Below, in pieces: positions 46,317 through 57,398 of a stretch of DNA of 64,000 bases; within the stretch, counting starts at the first letter, position 1; the number at the start of each line of letters is the position of its first letter. Location of the stretch: assembly GCA_964562175.1 (NCBI GenBank), contig CAZLRV010000010.1:1344-65343 (forward strand), given 5' to 3'. A program made the position numbers and the translations under genes. Source of the DNA: an uncultured Lachnospiraceae bacterium (lineage in GTDB: Bacteria > Bacillota > Clostridia > Oscillospirales > CAG-272). The notes under the pieces are model-generated. The model searched no databases and had not been told where the DNA came from. It worked only from the letters and a program-made list of their open reading frames with translations.

Positions 46317-47681
46317 ATGAATAAAGAACAAGTACTCTCCTATTGCACCGAGCTTGACAAGCACGCCAAAAAAACGGGCTGTGAATATGAGATATACGCA
46401 ATGGTAGGCGACAGCTTTTCCGTCACGGTTATGGGCGGGGAGATAGAGGACTACCGTGTAAACGATTATGTGGGAATTTCATTCAGAATAAAAAAAGACG
46501 GCAAAATGGGTTATTGCTCCACCACCTCGGCCGATCCGGACGGTATCGACTCACTTATCAAAGAAGCGATATCGAACGCATCCGTTATTGAGAGCAAGGA
46601 CGAGCAATTTATATTTGCAGGCTCGGAAAAATACGAGTATCCCATGGTATACAGTCCCGAAGCGGATAAGATCAAGCCGTCGGAGAAGATAGAGATAGCG
46701 CATCGGCTTGAGCGTGCCGCACTTGAAAAAGACAAGCGGATAATAAGAACGATGGGAGCTGTGGTCTTCACCGAGTCGGGCGTGCGTATTATCAAAAATT
46801 CGTGGGGACTTTCGCTCAGCGAAGACTCAAATATAATAGGTGCTTATGTAATACCCATCGCCTCGGACGGCGAAAGCATGAATTCGGGTATGGGTTACAG
46901 AGTCGGTTGGTCAATAGACGATATAGACATTGACGGGATCGTAAACGACGCTTGTGAGGAAGCGATAGATTTTTGTTCCGCAGGCTCTTGCACAGGCGGC
47001 GGAATGAAGGTGATATTGAGGGCTTCGGCGATGTGCGAGCTGCTCGGTACGTTTTTACCCGTTTTTTCCTCGGACAACACGCAAAGAGGCTTGTCAATGC
47101 TTGAGGGCAAGGAGGGCGAGCTTATCGCCGGCGAGTGCGTTACGATCATTGACGATGCTTTGCTTGATCACGGCTACGGTTCACGAGCCTTTGACAGCGA
47201 GGGCGTTGCCTCTCAAAGAAACGTAATAGTCGAAAACGGTGTATTGAAAACGCTTTTGTACAATCTCAAGACCGCAAATAAAGCGGGTGTTAAGTCAACT
47301 GCCAATGCAAGCAAGGGCTCTTATTCTTCCCCTATCGGAATATCGGGCACCAATTTTATGATCACCCCCTCGGATACTTCGCTTGATGAGCTTATGCAAA
47401 AAGCCGAGTGCGGTATTATGATAACCTCGCTTGAGGGTCTGCACTCCGGTGCAAACGCCGTAACGGGAGATTTTTCGCTCTCCGCAAAGGGATATCTTAT
47501 AGAGGGCGGCAAAAAGGGACGTGCGGTAACGGGCGTTACGATATCGGGCAACTTCTACACTCTGCTGAAAAATATAGAGTGTGTCGGCTCGGATATGAAG
47601 CACGACCCGTTCGGTACCTCGGTATCCTCCCCGTCCGTGTTGCTTAACGAGCCTATGTCCGTATCGGGCGGAGGTGAGTAA
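46317..47681 (+). CDS. pmbA: PmbA/TldE-family protein
   Basis: 454-aa paralogue of TldD without the HExxxH motif, immediately downstream of tldD. Confidence 0.8.
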   Translation: MNKEQVLSYCTELDKHAKKTGCEYEIYAMVGDSFSVTVMGGEIEDYRVNDYVGISFRIKKDGKMGYCSTTSADPDGIDSLIKEAISNASVIESKDEQFIFAGSEKYEYPMVYSPEADKIKPSEKIEIAHRLERAALEKDKRIIRTMGAVVFTESGVRIIKNSWGLSLSEDSNIIGAYVIPIASDGESMNSGMGYRVGWSIDDIDIDGIVNDACEEAIDFCSAGSCTGGGMKVILRASAMCELLGTFLPVFSSDNTQRGLSMLEGKEGELIAGECVTIIDDALLDHGYGSRAFDSEGVASQRNVIVENGVLKTLLYNLKTANKAGVKSTANASKGSYSSPIGISGTNFMITPSDTSLDELMQKAECGIMITSLEGLHSGANAVTGDFSLSAKGYLIEGGKKGRAVTGVTISGNFYTLLKNIECVGSDMKHDPFGTSVSSPSVLLNEPMSVSGGGE

Positions 47682-48399
47682 GGTGACAGACGAGGAAAAA
47701 CGCACCATCAAGGACAATATAGAGCGAGTACGGGAAAATATCGAAAAGCACCGTGACCGTTCGCTTTACGACGGCGATATCACGCTGATGTGTGCGACAA
47801 AGACGGTAGACGCCGAAAAAATAGCTTATGCGGTAAACGAATGCGGTATAAAGGCTATCGGAGAAAATCATGTTCAGGAGCTTATGGCAAAATACGACGA
47901 TATCGGAGCTTTGCCGTGCCAAATTCATTTTATCGGCTCACTTCAAACAAACAAGGTCAAATATATCGTCCCGAGGGTATGCCTTATCCACTCCGTTGAC
48001 AGCGTAAGGCTTGCCGAACAAATAGACAAGCGTTCGTCGATGTGCGGCGTGGTAAGCGATGTGTTGCTCGAATACAACAGCGGACACGAGGAAAACAAGG
48101 GCGGTATACTCTATGAGAATTTTGAGGAAATTTATAATAAAATTTCTTCTTTTGGCAATATAAGGATAAAAGGACTCATGACAATGGCTCCCGTATGTGA
48201 AAATAAATCGGATTATGAGAAATATTTTTCACAAACTTATCGCATTTTTATTGACTTTTTCAAAAATATGAGCCATAATATAGATAAGCCCGTCTTGTCG
48301 ATGGGAATGTCCGACAGCTATATGCAAGCGGTAAGCTGCGGTGCGACAATGGTTCGCGTCGGGTCGGCAATATTCGGAAAAAGAAGTTATAATAAATAA
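47674..48399 (+). CDS. yggS: YggS-family pyridoxal-phosphate homeostasis protein
   Basis: CATKTV (PLP Lys), IGENHVQE, HFIGSLQTNK and SMGMSDS. The GTG start is ambiguous (47674 or 47683). Confidence 0.88.
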   Translation: MSKVTDEEKRTIKDNIERVRENIEKHRDRSLYDGDITLMCATKTVDAEKIAYAVNECGIKAIGENHVQELMAKYDDIGALPCQIHFIGSLQTNKVKYIVPRVCLIHSVDSVRLAEQIDKRSSMCGVVSDVLLEYNSGHEENKGGILYENFEEIYNKISSFGNIRIKGLMTMAPVCENKSDYEKYFSQTYRIFIDFFKNMSHNIDKPVLSMGMSDSYMQAVSCGATMVRVGSAIFGKRSYNK

Positions 48400-48419
48400 T
48401 ATCAAAGGAGATTTATAAA

Positions 48420-48920
48420 ATGGGATTTTTAGACAAATTTCAAAAGTTCAGTCAGACCTTTTCGGGTGATGACGATGAAATGATGGAGAACGATTACGAA
48501 AATGAGGAGGATTACGAATACGGATATGAGGAGGAGAAGCCCCGTCCCAAGGTTGAAGCAAAGCCTCAACCCGTAAAGGACAAGGCACCCGCTTACGGTA
48601 ATATTCGTTTTTCGGAGAATAATATGGCACCCGGTATGAACATAACGGTAGTAAGACCCGAGGCGTATGAGTCATCGGGACAAATTGCGGAGAGTCTGCT
48701 CGGCGGCTCGACCGTTATACTCAATCTTGAGGCAACGAACAAGGAGACCGCAAAGAGAATACTCGACTTTTTGTCGGGCGTTGTATTCTCCATTCAGGGT
48801 CACATTGAAGCGGTTACGAACAATACATATGTCGTAACACCCAAGGATGCATCCATATCGAGCAAGTCGCTTGCGACGGAGGATGATGCAAAGAAAGAAG
48901 CATTATACGACGAGGAATAA
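48420..48920 (+). CDS. sepF: cell division protein SepF
   Basis: Acidic linker and a conserved C-terminal domain (VVRPEAYESSGQIAESLLGGSTVILNLE...). Confidence 0.88.
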   Translation: MGFLDKFQKFSQTFSGDDDEMMENDYENEEDYEYGYEEEKPRPKVEAKPQPVKDKAPAYGNIRFSENNMAPGMNITVVRPEAYESSGQIAESLLGGSTVILNLEATNKETAKRILDFLSGVVFSIQGHIEAVTNNTYVVTPKDASISSKSLATEDDAKKEALYDEE

Positions 48921-49038
48921 ACCGAGTCAAGCGTGCTTTTCGACATCTGTCAGTGCATTGCCAATTTTTACCATTAAACCGTCTTGACGGACGGTTCTTT
49001 TGGCGTGCAAAAATTTATTTATATTAAGGTGAGATATA

Positions 49039-49758
49039 ATGCTTTCATCGCAAGATATTAAAAACAAGACCTTTAATCGGGCAATACGAGGTTATAACCC
49101 CGAAGAGGTTGACAGCTATATCGAATTTCTCGGTGACAAATTCGAGGATCTTTACAGAGAAAACCGAGAGCTTGAGTACAAGCTCAAGGCTTTGACCGAG
49201 CAAAACGCCGAGAAAAACGAGGGCGACGACATAAAGCAGACGCTTCTGCTTGCGCAAAAGGCGGCTGAAAGAATAACGTCGGATGCGGAGAAAAAGGCTC
49301 AACTCCTTTACGATTCGGCAAAAGAAAACACCGACAAGGTCTTGACCGAATTTCGCGAAAAAATCGCCACCGAGGCTATAGCATACAAAAAGCTCAAGGA
49401 GTGTGTCGAGGAGCTTAAGGAATCCATTTACGGAATATACAGAAAGAATCTTGAAAAAATAGAGGAGATCTCTCCCAGGTGCGAGGGCGAGGCTTCGCTT
49501 TGCGAGCCGGAGATCGCCGAGTATATCAAAATGGCAGTTGACGGCATGAAGGAAAGAATATCATTATCCGAGCAGGGCGAGGAGAGCGAGGAGAATGCTC
49601 CATACGCTCACCGAGAAGCAACGGATATGCCGGCACGGAAATTCAGAATTGTAAGCGTTAAGGACACGATAAAAGAGCTTAACAAAAAAATGCTTGACGG
49701 CACTGCGGACATATCGCCCGATGGTGAGGGCGGCGAGGACAGCGGCAATGAAGAATAA
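49039..49758 (+). CDS. divIVA: DivIVA domain protein
   Basis: N-terminus LSSQDIKNKTFNRAIRGYNPEEVDSYIE, followed by coiled coil. Confidence 0.88.
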   Translation: MLSSQDIKNKTFNRAIRGYNPEEVDSYIEFLGDKFEDLYRENRELEYKLKALTEQNAEKNEGDDIKQTLLLAQKAAERITSDAEKKAQLLYDSAKENTDKVLTEFREKIATEAIAYKKLKECVEELKESIYGIYRKNLEKIEEISPRCEGEASLCEPEIAEYIKMAVDGMKERISLSEQGEESEENAPYAHREATDMPARKFRIVSVKDTIKELNKKMLDGTADISPDGEGGEDSGNEE

Positions 49759-50266
49759 AAAAATAAAGCCGTTTTTAATTTATCTTGCCGTTTCCGTCCT
49801 CTGCGTTCTGCTCGATCTGCTGACTAAGCATTTTGCGGTAAAGCATCTCAAGGGCGGCGAGGACATTCGAATACTTCCCCACCTCATCAATCTCACCTAT
49901 GTTGAAAACCGAGGTGCGGCATGGGGAATGCTCGCCGACAAGCGGTGGGTATTTATGGTAATATCAAGCATTGCGATAGTTCTCATGATATTTATTATGT
50001 ATAAATTCGCCGATCAATCAAAGGGCTTTTGCATACCGCTTTCGCTTATCGTCGGCGGCGGTATCGGAAATATGATAGACCGTGTATTTAAGGGCTATGT
50101 AGTGGATTTTCTGCAATTTGACTTTTTCAAGAGCTTTCCCGTTTTCAACGTTGCCGACTCCTTCATTACGGTAAGCTCGTTTGCCGTTTGCATTTATCTT
50201 ATCTTTTTCGACAAAACGATACTTGCCGACAAAAAGGCGCAGAGCGATGCGGATAACAACGGATAA
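49748..50266 (+). CDS. lspA: lipoprotein signal peptidase (signal peptidase II)
   Basis: NRGAAWG, GGGIGNMIDR and FNVADS motifs. The ATG at 49748 overlaps the divIVA stop. Confidence 0.9.
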   Translation: MKNKKIKPFLIYLAVSVLCVLLDLLTKHFAVKHLKGGEDIRILPHLINLTYVENRGAAWGMLADKRWVFMVISSIAIVLMIFIMYKFADQSKGFCIPLSLIVGGGIGNMIDRVFKGYVVDFLQFDFFKSFPVFNVADSFITVSSFAVCIYLIFFDKTILADKKAQSDADNNG

Positions 50267-51167
50267 AGCGGGCTACAGGCTTGACAGTGTATCCTCAGAG
50301 CTGTTTGACATATCAAGGTCTTACGCCGCTGTCATGATCGAGCAGGGCAGAATAACGGTAAACGGTAAAGGCTCAAGCAAAAATTACAAGGTCAAAGCAG
50401 ATGACGAGCTTCAATTCTCCCCACCCGAGGCGATACCGGCAAACGCACAGCCGGAGGATATAGACATTGAAATAGTGTACGAAGACGAGCAGCTTGCGGT
50501 GGTAAACAAGCCGAAGGGCATGGTGGTACACCCCGCTCCGGGCAATTATACCGGCACGCTCGTATCGGCTCTGCTGTATAAAATGGACGGCAGGCTCTCG
50601 GGCATAAACGGTGTAATACGTCCGGGAATAGTTCACAGGATAGACAAGGACACCTCCGGACTGTTAGTCGTGGCAAAGACGGACGATGCTCACGAGGGAC
50701 TTGCCCTACAGATAAAAGAGCATAGCTTTTTAAGAGAGTATCAGGCAATTGCCCTTGGTCATTTCAAAGAGCCTCGAGGCGTTGTCGATAAGCCTATAGG
50801 TCGTCATCCCAAGGACAGAATAAAGATGGCGGTAGTTGACAAAAATTCGAAAAACGCCGTAACGGAATACTCCGTGATATCGGAATATGACAGCTGGTCA
50901 CATATTTCCTGCAAGCTTCAAACGGGGCGAACGCATCAAATACGCGTGCATATGTCTTCGATAGGTCATCCGCTTATGGGCGATACGCTTTACGGCGGCG
51001 GCAAAACGAAATTCGAGAAAGCAAACGAGAGCATTCTCCAAGGTCAATGCCTACACGCAAAGACGATAGGCTTTGTGCATCCTCTGACCGGTGAAAATAT
51101 GTTTTTCGATTCGCCTCTGCCGGACTACTTTACAGCCATGTTAGACAAGCTGAAAAAAACAACATAA
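50247..51167 (+). CDS. rluD: RluA-family 23S rRNA pseudouridine synthase (RluD-like)
   Basis: S4 domain, then HRIDKDTSGLLVVAK and RTHQIRVH. Confidence 0.9.
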   Translation: MRITTDKAGYRLDSVSSELFDISRSYAAVMIEQGRITVNGKGSSKNYKVKADDELQFSPPEAIPANAQPEDIDIEIVYEDEQLAVVNKPKGMVVHPAPGNYTGTLVSALLYKMDGRLSGINGVIRPGIVHRIDKDTSGLLVVAKTDDAHEGLALQIKEHSFLREYQAIALGHFKEPRGVVDKPIGRHPKDRIKMAVVDKNSKNAVTEYSVISEYDSWSHISCKLQTGRTHQIRVHMSSIGHPLMGDTLYGGGKTKFEKANESILQGQCLHAKTIGFVHPLTGENMFFDSPLPDYFTAMLDKLKKTT

Positions 51168-51171
51168 TATA

Positions 51172-51200
51172 AGCCCGAGCGTTTTAAGGCGTTCGGGCTT
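51172..51200. terminator. bidirectional terminator hairpin between rluD and the convergent gene
   Basis: AGCCCGAGCG ... CGTTCGGGCT (one mismatch) flanked by A/T-rich runs. Confidence 0.55.
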
Positions 51201-51204
51201 TGTG

Positions 51205-51807
51205 TTATTCCATTATAAGCTTTCCGAAATATTCGGGACGATGAAAATCGGGCTTTTCGGTAAGTATTTTGTTCCATGTGCCGTAATGCGGTATCTCGCA
51301 TTTGTCTCCGCATTTATAGGCATTGCCTCGGAACGTGTAGCCGCTGTGCGGATCGAAGCTTTTGTAGACCTTTTTCAAAAGCTCATACGGCACGAATACA
51401 TCAACTCCCCAAAGCTCGCCCTCACGCACAGGCGTAACGGCGGGAAGCATTCCGACCATATCGAGCAACGGCACTCTGTTTGCCCTGCCCTCTCCGTAGG
51501 CTATAAGGCAAGCACCATTTGAATTGCATTCGATGTTTATATATCCGCCCTCGCCGTAGCAAGCGAAAAATTCAAGGCATGAATCGGTATAAACAGGCGA
51601 CATATACCCCGTGCATTCCGCTCTCGGCTCTTTTTCACGGCAACGAAGATATATGAATATTCCCTCATCGGTACACGCCGCCTTGAAATACGCCTCGGGC
51701 ATATAATCGCCGCCCCATGCGTATTCGTCGATCTTACCCACCTCAAGCAATGAGGGGTCTATATCCTCGCTTGCCGAAAAGTGCTTTATCAAATACTCTT
51801 TTTTCAT
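51205..51807 (-). CDS. carbohydrate-binding family 9-like protein
   Basis: 200-aa soluble beta-rich protein. The resemblance to CBM9-like family members is recalled from annotation patterns only. Confidence 0.4.
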   Translation of the reverse strand: MKKEYLIKHFSASEDIDPSLLEVGKIDEYAWGGDYMPEAYFKAACTDEGIFIYLRCREKEPRAECTGYMSPVYTDSCLEFFACYGEGGYINIECNSNGACLIAYGEGRANRVPLLDMVGMLPAVTPVREGELWGVDVFVPYELLKKVYKSFDPHSGYTFRGNAYKCGDKCEIPHYGTWNKILTEKPDFHRPEYFGKLIME

Positions 51808-52883
51808 CCGAATATTACCTTATCCTTTATTTTTGTCGAGCATACGGAAACGAACGTCTTACCCGGGCAAAGCTTTACATCGCTTTTCCCATCCTCCTGC
51901 AAGAAACGTATCTCGCCGCCGGTGCCGATGCTCCACTTTATTTTTACATACTTGCCGCAGCTTACAAGATAGCCGTCACCCTCCTGCAAAAGCATACCCA
52001 ATTCCCCGCTCTGCTCGTCTGCGGTGTACGTATCCGCAAGCATGACAATGACGTTTGAATAGCTGAGTTGCTCGCCGCTTGCCCCGTCTTTATGCTCCGC
52101 ATCATATTGATATCGCTTGTACTCGTTGTCAAGCGTTGAGTACTTGAAGCTCGGTGCGTGGCTTGTGCTGTATTGTATCGTGACCGACGAACAGGGTGAG
52201 CCGCTTGTACGTGCCGTGTTTTCTTTTGCCGAAAACTCAAGATGATTTTTGAATGTTTCTTTATCTTGAGTAAGCTTTGATGCGCTTATCGAATTTTTGA
52301 GCATATTTCCGTCTGTCAACACGCTGTTTTCACTTCCCCGTTCGTTTTTAAGCTTCTCGTCACGTCTGAACGACGGTTCAAGCTCGCACGCAAGTGCATC
52401 TATTACCTGAATGCCGTTTTGCTTAAATATCCCGCGTGTGAAGGCGCTTGTGCCTGCCTGTACGAAGATCGCATTATGGCACTGTGAAAGCGTGTAAAGA
52501 TATGAGCGTGAGTCGATTATCGGAGCAACCTCGGGCATTTTGTACAGGTCGGAATATACAGCCAAGAACCTTGTAAGCCCGCCCTCAACACTGACCTCAT
52601 AGGTTATTGCCGCCTGCGACAAGCCGTATTGAGGCGATGCCGCACGGTCGTTTTTGACGACTAATGCAATGCATCTTTTGCCCGACAGCTCCTCCTCGCA
52701 TTTCAGCCCCGTGAGCGGATCGTAATACATGACCTCCGGTTCCGGTGCATCCGTTTCCGCCTCGGTCACAAGCACACTCTCCTCTTCGTTTTTGTCCGTC
52801 ACATCTGTCTGTACCGCTTCACTCTTACATGACGGTGCGGCAAGCAAGACTAAAGATAATAAGATCAAAACAGCTTTTTTCAT
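51804..52883 (-). CDS. DUF3048 (YerB-like) lipoprotein
   Basis: Lipobox LLAAPSC, then RCIALVVKNDRAASPQYGLSQAAITYEVSVEGGLTRFLAVYSD, typical of DUF3048. Confidence 0.6.
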   Translation of the reverse strand: MKKAVLILLSLVLLAAPSCKSEAVQTDVTDKNEEESVLVTEAETDAPEPEVMYYDPLTGLKCEEELSGKRCIALVVKNDRAASPQYGLSQAAITYEVSVEGGLTRFLAVYSDLYKMPEVAPIIDSRSYLYTLSQCHNAIFVQAGTSAFTRGIFKQNGIQVIDALACELEPSFRRDEKLKNERGSENSVLTDGNMLKNSISASKLTQDKETFKNHLEFSAKENTARTSGSPCSSVTIQYSTSHAPSFKYSTLDNEYKRYQYDAEHKDGASGEQLSYSNVIVMLADTYTADEQSGELGMLLQEGDGYLVSCGKYVKIKWSIGTGGEIRFLQEDGKSDVKLCPGKTFVSVCSTKIKDKVIFG

Positions 52884-52884
52884 T

Positions 52885-53814
52885 TTAAAATATCGTTTCT
52901 ATCCTTTTTTTGCATATATTCGGCGAATACACCCAGCTGTCTATATGCTCCGTTTCCTTTGGTACGAAATATTTGATATCGTTTTTTTCTCTTTGAGGAA
53001 ACACGTCAACTATGGACAGCTTTATTTTCATTTTTTCACGGCAGATGCTTTTTATGTAGACCCCCGCACCCAGACCGGGCTCACAGCCCGTGCGGTATTC
53101 GGCAAGTGCGGAAAGATTCGGAGCAAGCTCGACGAAAACGCCGTAGTCCTCCACACTTCTGATTATTCCGCTCACCGTTTGCCCTGCGGCGTAATACGCC
53201 GCATTTTCATCCCATGTACCCAAAAGCTCCTTAAGCGACAGAAATATGCGATACGTATCGGGATCTATGCTTTTTATGACACAGCGCAATGTATCGCCCA
53301 CACGCATACGGTCGCTCGGATGAGATATGCGGCTTGTGGATATGCAATCGGTCGGCAAAAGTGCGGTTATGCCGCAGCCGACATCGACAAAGGCACCGAA
53401 GCCTTCGTTTCTCGTTATTCTGCAGGTCACAATATCGCCCGCACGCCGACGTGACAGGTATTTGTCAAGGCATTCTTTTTGCGCCTCGGCACGTGACAGT
53501 ATCGCCGTTTTCTGCCCTCTGTACCTTGTTATTTCCTTGACCTTAAAGCACACCGCCTTGCCGACTCGCGTTATGACCGCAATATCCTTCATCCGCTCAT
53601 CGGGACGAAGATACAAAGCCTCATCTCTCGGAATTATCGCATTCATGCACGGCACGGCTACGCTCAGATCGAGGCTCTTATCGCACATAACGGCATATGC
53701 CTCAAGTATCTTACCCGCAGTGCAGGCTCTTTGAAGCATTGCCTCGGATGCGAGATACTCTCTGTTTTCATAGCCGCAAACAAGACCGCCCTCGGGTCTG
53801 TAGATATCGTTCAT
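52885..53814 (-). CDS. S1 RNA-binding domain protein (multiple S1 repeats)
   Basis: Repeated OB-fold S1 signatures (GDIVTCRITRNEGFGAFVDVG; GQTVSGIIRSVEDYGVFVELA). Confidence 0.7.
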   Translation of the reverse strand: MNDIYRPEGGLVCGYENREYLASEAMLQRACTAGKILEAYAVMCDKSLDLSVAVPCMNAIIPRDEALYLRPDERMKDIAVITRVGKAVCFKVKEITRYRGQKTAILSRAEAQKECLDKYLSRRRAGDIVTCRITRNEGFGAFVDVGCGITALLPTDCISTSRISHPSDRMRVGDTLRCVIKSIDPDTYRIFLSLKELLGTWDENAAYYAAGQTVSGIIRSVEDYGVFVELAPNLSALAEYRTGCEPGLGAGVYIKSICREKMKIKLSIVDVFPQREKNDIKYFVPKETEHIDSWVYSPNICKKRIETIF

Positions 53815-54043
53815 TGTAATTTCCTCCGCTTTATTTGTTCGGCTTAAATTTATACGGTATCATTTTATAAAGCTCGGAGAAAAAATATTACTCGTTGTCT
53901 CACATCGTTCTTATTATACTACACAGATATTAAAAAGTATATACATTACGTTATTTTTTTACAAATTAACACATCAAAATTTCACTATTCAAAAAAACTG
54001 CACATTTTTTTGCGTATACAGCGTAAAATTTACCTTTCGGATA

Positions 54044-54072
54044 TTGATTTTTCTCGCAAAATATGGTATTAT
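54044..54072 (+). promoter_or_regulatory. sigma-A-type promoter upstream of fhs
   Basis: TTGATT, 17 nt spacer, then TGgTATTAT. Confidence 0.5.
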
Positions 54073-54108
54073 AGGTAAATAAGAATATTTTTGCGCAAAG
54101 GAGAAACT

Positions 54109-55782
54109 ATGCTTTCCGATATCGAAATTGCAAGAGGGGCAAAAATGAAGCCCATTTCCGAGATAGCGTCCTCGCTCGGCGTTCTCGACTCAGAGCTTAT
54201 ACCCTACGGTAGGTATAAGGCGAAGATCGACGACGGCTTTGAGGTAAGAATGAAGGATAAGCCGGATGGTCGGCTCATTCTCGTTACCGCTATCAATCCC
54301 ACCCCCGCAGGTGAGGGAAAAACGACAACAACAATAGGACTCGGTCAAGCTATGTCCAAAATAGGCAAAAATGCGATAATCGCATTGAGAGAGCCGTCAC
54401 TCGGCCCCGTGTTCGGCGTTAAAGGCGGTGCGGCAGGCGGCGGTTACTCGCAGGTGTTGCCGATGGAAGATATAAATCTTCATTTTACAGGCGACTTTCA
54501 CGCCATTACGGCGGCAAATAATCTTCTTTGCGCTATGCTCGATAACCATATACAGCAGGGCAATCTTCTCAATATCGACCCTCGCAAGGTCGTGATAACA
54601 CGTTGCCTTGACTGTAACGACAGAGTACTTCGTAATGTAGTTGTCGGACTCGGTGCAAGCAAGGACGGAGTGCCGAGGCAGGATTCTTTCATTATAACCG
54701 TTGCAAGCGAGGTAATGGCGATACTCTGCCTTGCCTCGGATATCAAAGACCTTAAAAAGCGTTTGGGCAATATACTCATTGCATACAAATACGACAACTC
54801 GCCCGTATTTGCAAAGGATATTCAAGCACAGGGTGCCATGGCGGCATTGCTTAAGGATGCACTTAAGCCCAACCTCGTGCAGACTATAGAAAACACGCCC
54901 GCACTTATCCACGGCGGTCCGTTTGCCAACATCGCTCACGGCTGCAACTCCGTTCGTGCAACAAAGCTTGCACTTAAGCTTGCGGACTACACCATAACCG
55001 AGGCAGGCTTCGGTGCGGATCTCGGTGCGGAGAAATTCCTTGACATAAAATGCAGAAAAGCAGGTCTTAAGCCCTCGTGTATCGTTTTGGTCGCAACGGT
55101 TCGCGCATTGAAATATAACGGCGGCGTTGCAAAGACCGAGCTTAAGGGCGAAAACCTTGAGGCACTCAAGGCAGGTGCGGTAAACCTTCAGGCACATATA
55201 GAAAACCTTTCTCAATACGGTGTACCGGTAGTCGTTGCCATAAACCGTTTTGCGGACGATACGGATGCGGAGCTTTCATTGCTTGAGAGCATATGCCGTG
55301 AAAAGGGTGCCGACTTTGCTCTCTCCGAGGTATTTGCCAAGGGCGGAGACGGCGGTACGGCACTTGCCGAGGCTGTCGTTGCGGCGTGCGAAAAGCCCTC
55401 CGATTTTAAGCTTCTTTATTCGGATGAGCTTTCCGTCAAGGAAAAATTACATACGCTGGCTACCAAAATATACGGTGCCGACGGCGTAAAATTCGACGAT
55501 GCGGCACTCAAAGAATACGCCGCAATACTTGCCATAGACCCCGAATACGACCGTTTGCCGGTATGCGTTGCGAAAACTCAATATTCCCTCTCCGACGATC
55601 CCAAGCTGCTCGGCAGACCGAGCGGATTTTCGCTCAATGTACGCCATATCAAGCTTTCCGCAGGTGCGGGCTTCATCGTCGCTCTTACGGGCGATATAAT
55701 GACGATGCCCGGTTTACCCAAAGCTCCCGCCGCTCTTAATATCGATGTTGATGATGACGGCAATATAACGGGCTTGTTCTGA
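54109..55782 (+). CDS. fhs: formate--tetrahydrofolate ligase
   Basis: MLSDIEIA start, then [15 protein letters not shown]-loop and [19 protein letters not shown]. Confidence 0.95.
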   Translation: MLSDIEIARGAKMKPISEIASSLGVLDSELIPYGRYKAKIDDGFEVRMKDKPDGRLILVTAINPTPAGEGKTTTTIGLGQAMSKIGKNAIIALREPSLGPVFGVKGGAAGGGYSQVLPMEDINLHFTGDFHAITAANNLLCAMLDNHIQQGNLLNIDPRKVVITRCLDCNDRVLRNVVVGLGASKDGVPRQDSFIITVASEVMAILCLASDIKDLKKRLGNILIAYKYDNSPVFAKDIQAQGAMAALLKDALKPNLVQTIENTPALIHGGPFANIAHGCNSVRATKLALKLADYTITEAGFGADLGAEKFLDIKCRKAGLKPSCIVLVATVRALKYNGGVAKTELKGENLEALKAGAVNLQAHIENLSQYGVPVVVAINRFADDTDAELSLLESICREKGADFALSEVFAKGGDGGTALAEAVVAACEKPSDFKLLYSDELSVKEKLHTLATKIYGADGVKFDDAALKEYAAILAIDPEYDRLPVCVAKTQYSLSDDPKLLGRPSGFSLNVRHIKLSAGAGFIVALTGDIMTMPGLPKAPAALNIDVDDDGNITGLF

Positions 55783-55784
55783 TA

Positions 55785-56225
55785 ATGGACGAAACGTATT
55801 ATACCGAGAGTGCGGAGCAGACAGAGCAGCTCGGTAGGTGCCTCGCACAACGTCTTGATAAGACCTCGTTTGTGGCTCTCTACGGCGATCTCGGTGCAGG
55901 CAAGACCGCATTTGTGCGAGGTATGGCAAGCGTATTATGTCCGCTTGACCGAGTATCAAGCCCGACGTATACGATAGTAAACGAATATCTGACGGGGGAA
56001 TTTCCCTTATATCATTTCGACCTTTACAGAATAAAGGACGATGACGACCTTTATTCCACGGGCTTTTACGATTATATGGGCAACGGCGTATGCGTTTGCG
56101 AGTGGTGCGAAAACATTCCGCAGGCTATACCGCCCGATGCGATATGCGTTAAGATTGAAAAGCCTTCATCGGAGCTTGGTGTAACAAGCCTGCGAAAGAT
56201 CACGTTTTCGGGGGTAAAGCCATGA
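55785..56225 (+). CDS. tsaE: tRNA t6A37 biosynthesis ATPase TsaE
   Basis: GDLGAGKTAFVRG and SPTYTIVNEY motifs. Confidence 0.9.
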   Translation: MDETYYTESAEQTEQLGRCLAQRLDKTSFVALYGDLGAGKTAFVRGMASVLCPLDRVSSPTYTIVNEYLTGEFPLYHFDLYRIKDDDDLYSTGFYDYMGNGVCVCEWCENIPQAIPPDAICVKIEKPSSELGVTSLRKITFSGVKP

Positions 56226-56956
56226 TAATACTTGCAATTGAAGCAACGGCACAAGCCGCCTCCGTATGTGTGGCAAGGGGAGAGAAGGCAGGCTTTGAAA
56301 TACTCTCCCTGTACAGCTCAAATATCAAGAGAACGCACAGTGAAACTCTTCTGCCGATGATAATATCATGTATGGAGAACGTGGGACTGTCTTATGACGA
56401 TATAGACCTTTATGCCACCTCCTCCGGTCCCGGCTCGTTCACGGGCGTGCGTATAGGTGCGGCAACGCTGAAAGGTATCGCTTTCGGGCGCAGTAAGCCG
56501 TGTGTCGGTGTTTCATCTCTGCACGCACTTGCATATAATTTTGCGGATATGTACGAGGGCGAATATATTTGCTCTCTTATGGATGCGAGAGGAAACAGAT
56601 ATTTCACCTCACTGTATCAAATAAGAGAGGGCGTGCCGCACAGACTCGGAGATGATGAGATACTCACTGCCGAGCGTTTGAATGAGAGCTTGCTCTCACT
56701 GCACGCAACGGTGAATCTTGTCGGTGACGGAGCGGAGATGTTTTACCGCAATTATCAAGATCCGAGCTACCGTCCGGCACCACAGCTTTTGAGATATCAA
56801 AACGCCGCAAGCGTTGCCTTGTGTGCATATCGACGGTATTGTTCTGCGGAGAACAGATCCGTATTTACCGATACAGCGCTTACTCCCGTATATCTTCTGC
56901 CCTCTCAGGCAGAGCGGGAAAGAAATAAACGAAAGGAATTATTGAAAAATGAGTGA
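56222..56956 (+). CDS. tsaB: tRNA t6A37 biosynthesis protein TsaB
   Basis: ILAIEATAQAASV and GPGSFTGVRIG motifs. 4-nt overlap with tsaE. Confidence 0.88.
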   Translation: MIILAIEATAQAASVCVARGEKAGFEILSLYSSNIKRTHSETLLPMIISCMENVGLSYDDIDLYATSSGPGSFTGVRIGAATLKGIAFGRSKPCVGVSSLHALAYNFADMYEGEYICSLMDARGNRYFTSLYQIREGVPHRLGDDEILTAERLNESLLSLHATVNLVGDGAEMFYRNYQDPSYRPAPQLLRYQNAASVALCAYRRYCSAENRSVFTDTALTPVYLLPSQAERERNKRKELLKNE

Positions 56957-57398
56957 AAAAATACTTGCGATCGCTTGCGATCACGGAGCATACGAATTAA
57001 AGGAGACGATAAAGGCTCACCTCAATTCAAAGGGTATCAAATTTATCGACTTCGGTTGCGACGGAGAGAGCGTAAACTACCCCGACTACGCACATAAGCT
57101 TTGCACGGCGATACAGGACGGTGTATGCTACAGAGGCATATTGCTCTGCGGTACGGGTATAGGTATGTCAATGGCGGCAAACAAGCATAAGGGCATACGT
57201 GCGGCTGTTTGCTCCGATACTTATTCCGCAAGACTCACCCGTCAGCACAACGATGCAAATGTCCTTTGCATGGGCGGCAGAGTTGTCGGCTTCGGTCTTG
57301 CCATTGACATGGTTGATCTTTTCCTCAACACGGAATTTGAGGGCGGCAGACATCAAACGAGAGTTGATATGGTAAACGCTCTGGACGAGGGCAAATGA
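56949..57398 (+). CDS. rpiB: ribose-5-phosphate isomerase B
   Basis: CDHGAYELK, CGTGIGMSMAANK and RQHNDANVLCMG motifs. Confidence 0.92.
   Translation: MSEKILAIACDHGAYELKETIKAHLNSKGIKFIDFGCDGESVNYPDYAHKLCTAIQDGVCYRGILLCGTGIGMSMAANKHKGIRAAVCSDTYSARLTRQHNDANVLCMGGRVVGFGLAIDMVDLFLNTEFEGGRHQTRVDMVNALDEGK

Noticed and set aside
52729-53454. 241-aa plus-strand ORF
   Set aside because: It is antisense to the DUF3048 and S1-domain genes. It has no RBS or motifs.
54397-55215. 272-aa minus-strand ORF
   Set aside because: It is antisense to fhs (formate-tetrahydrofolate ligase), which is unambiguous.
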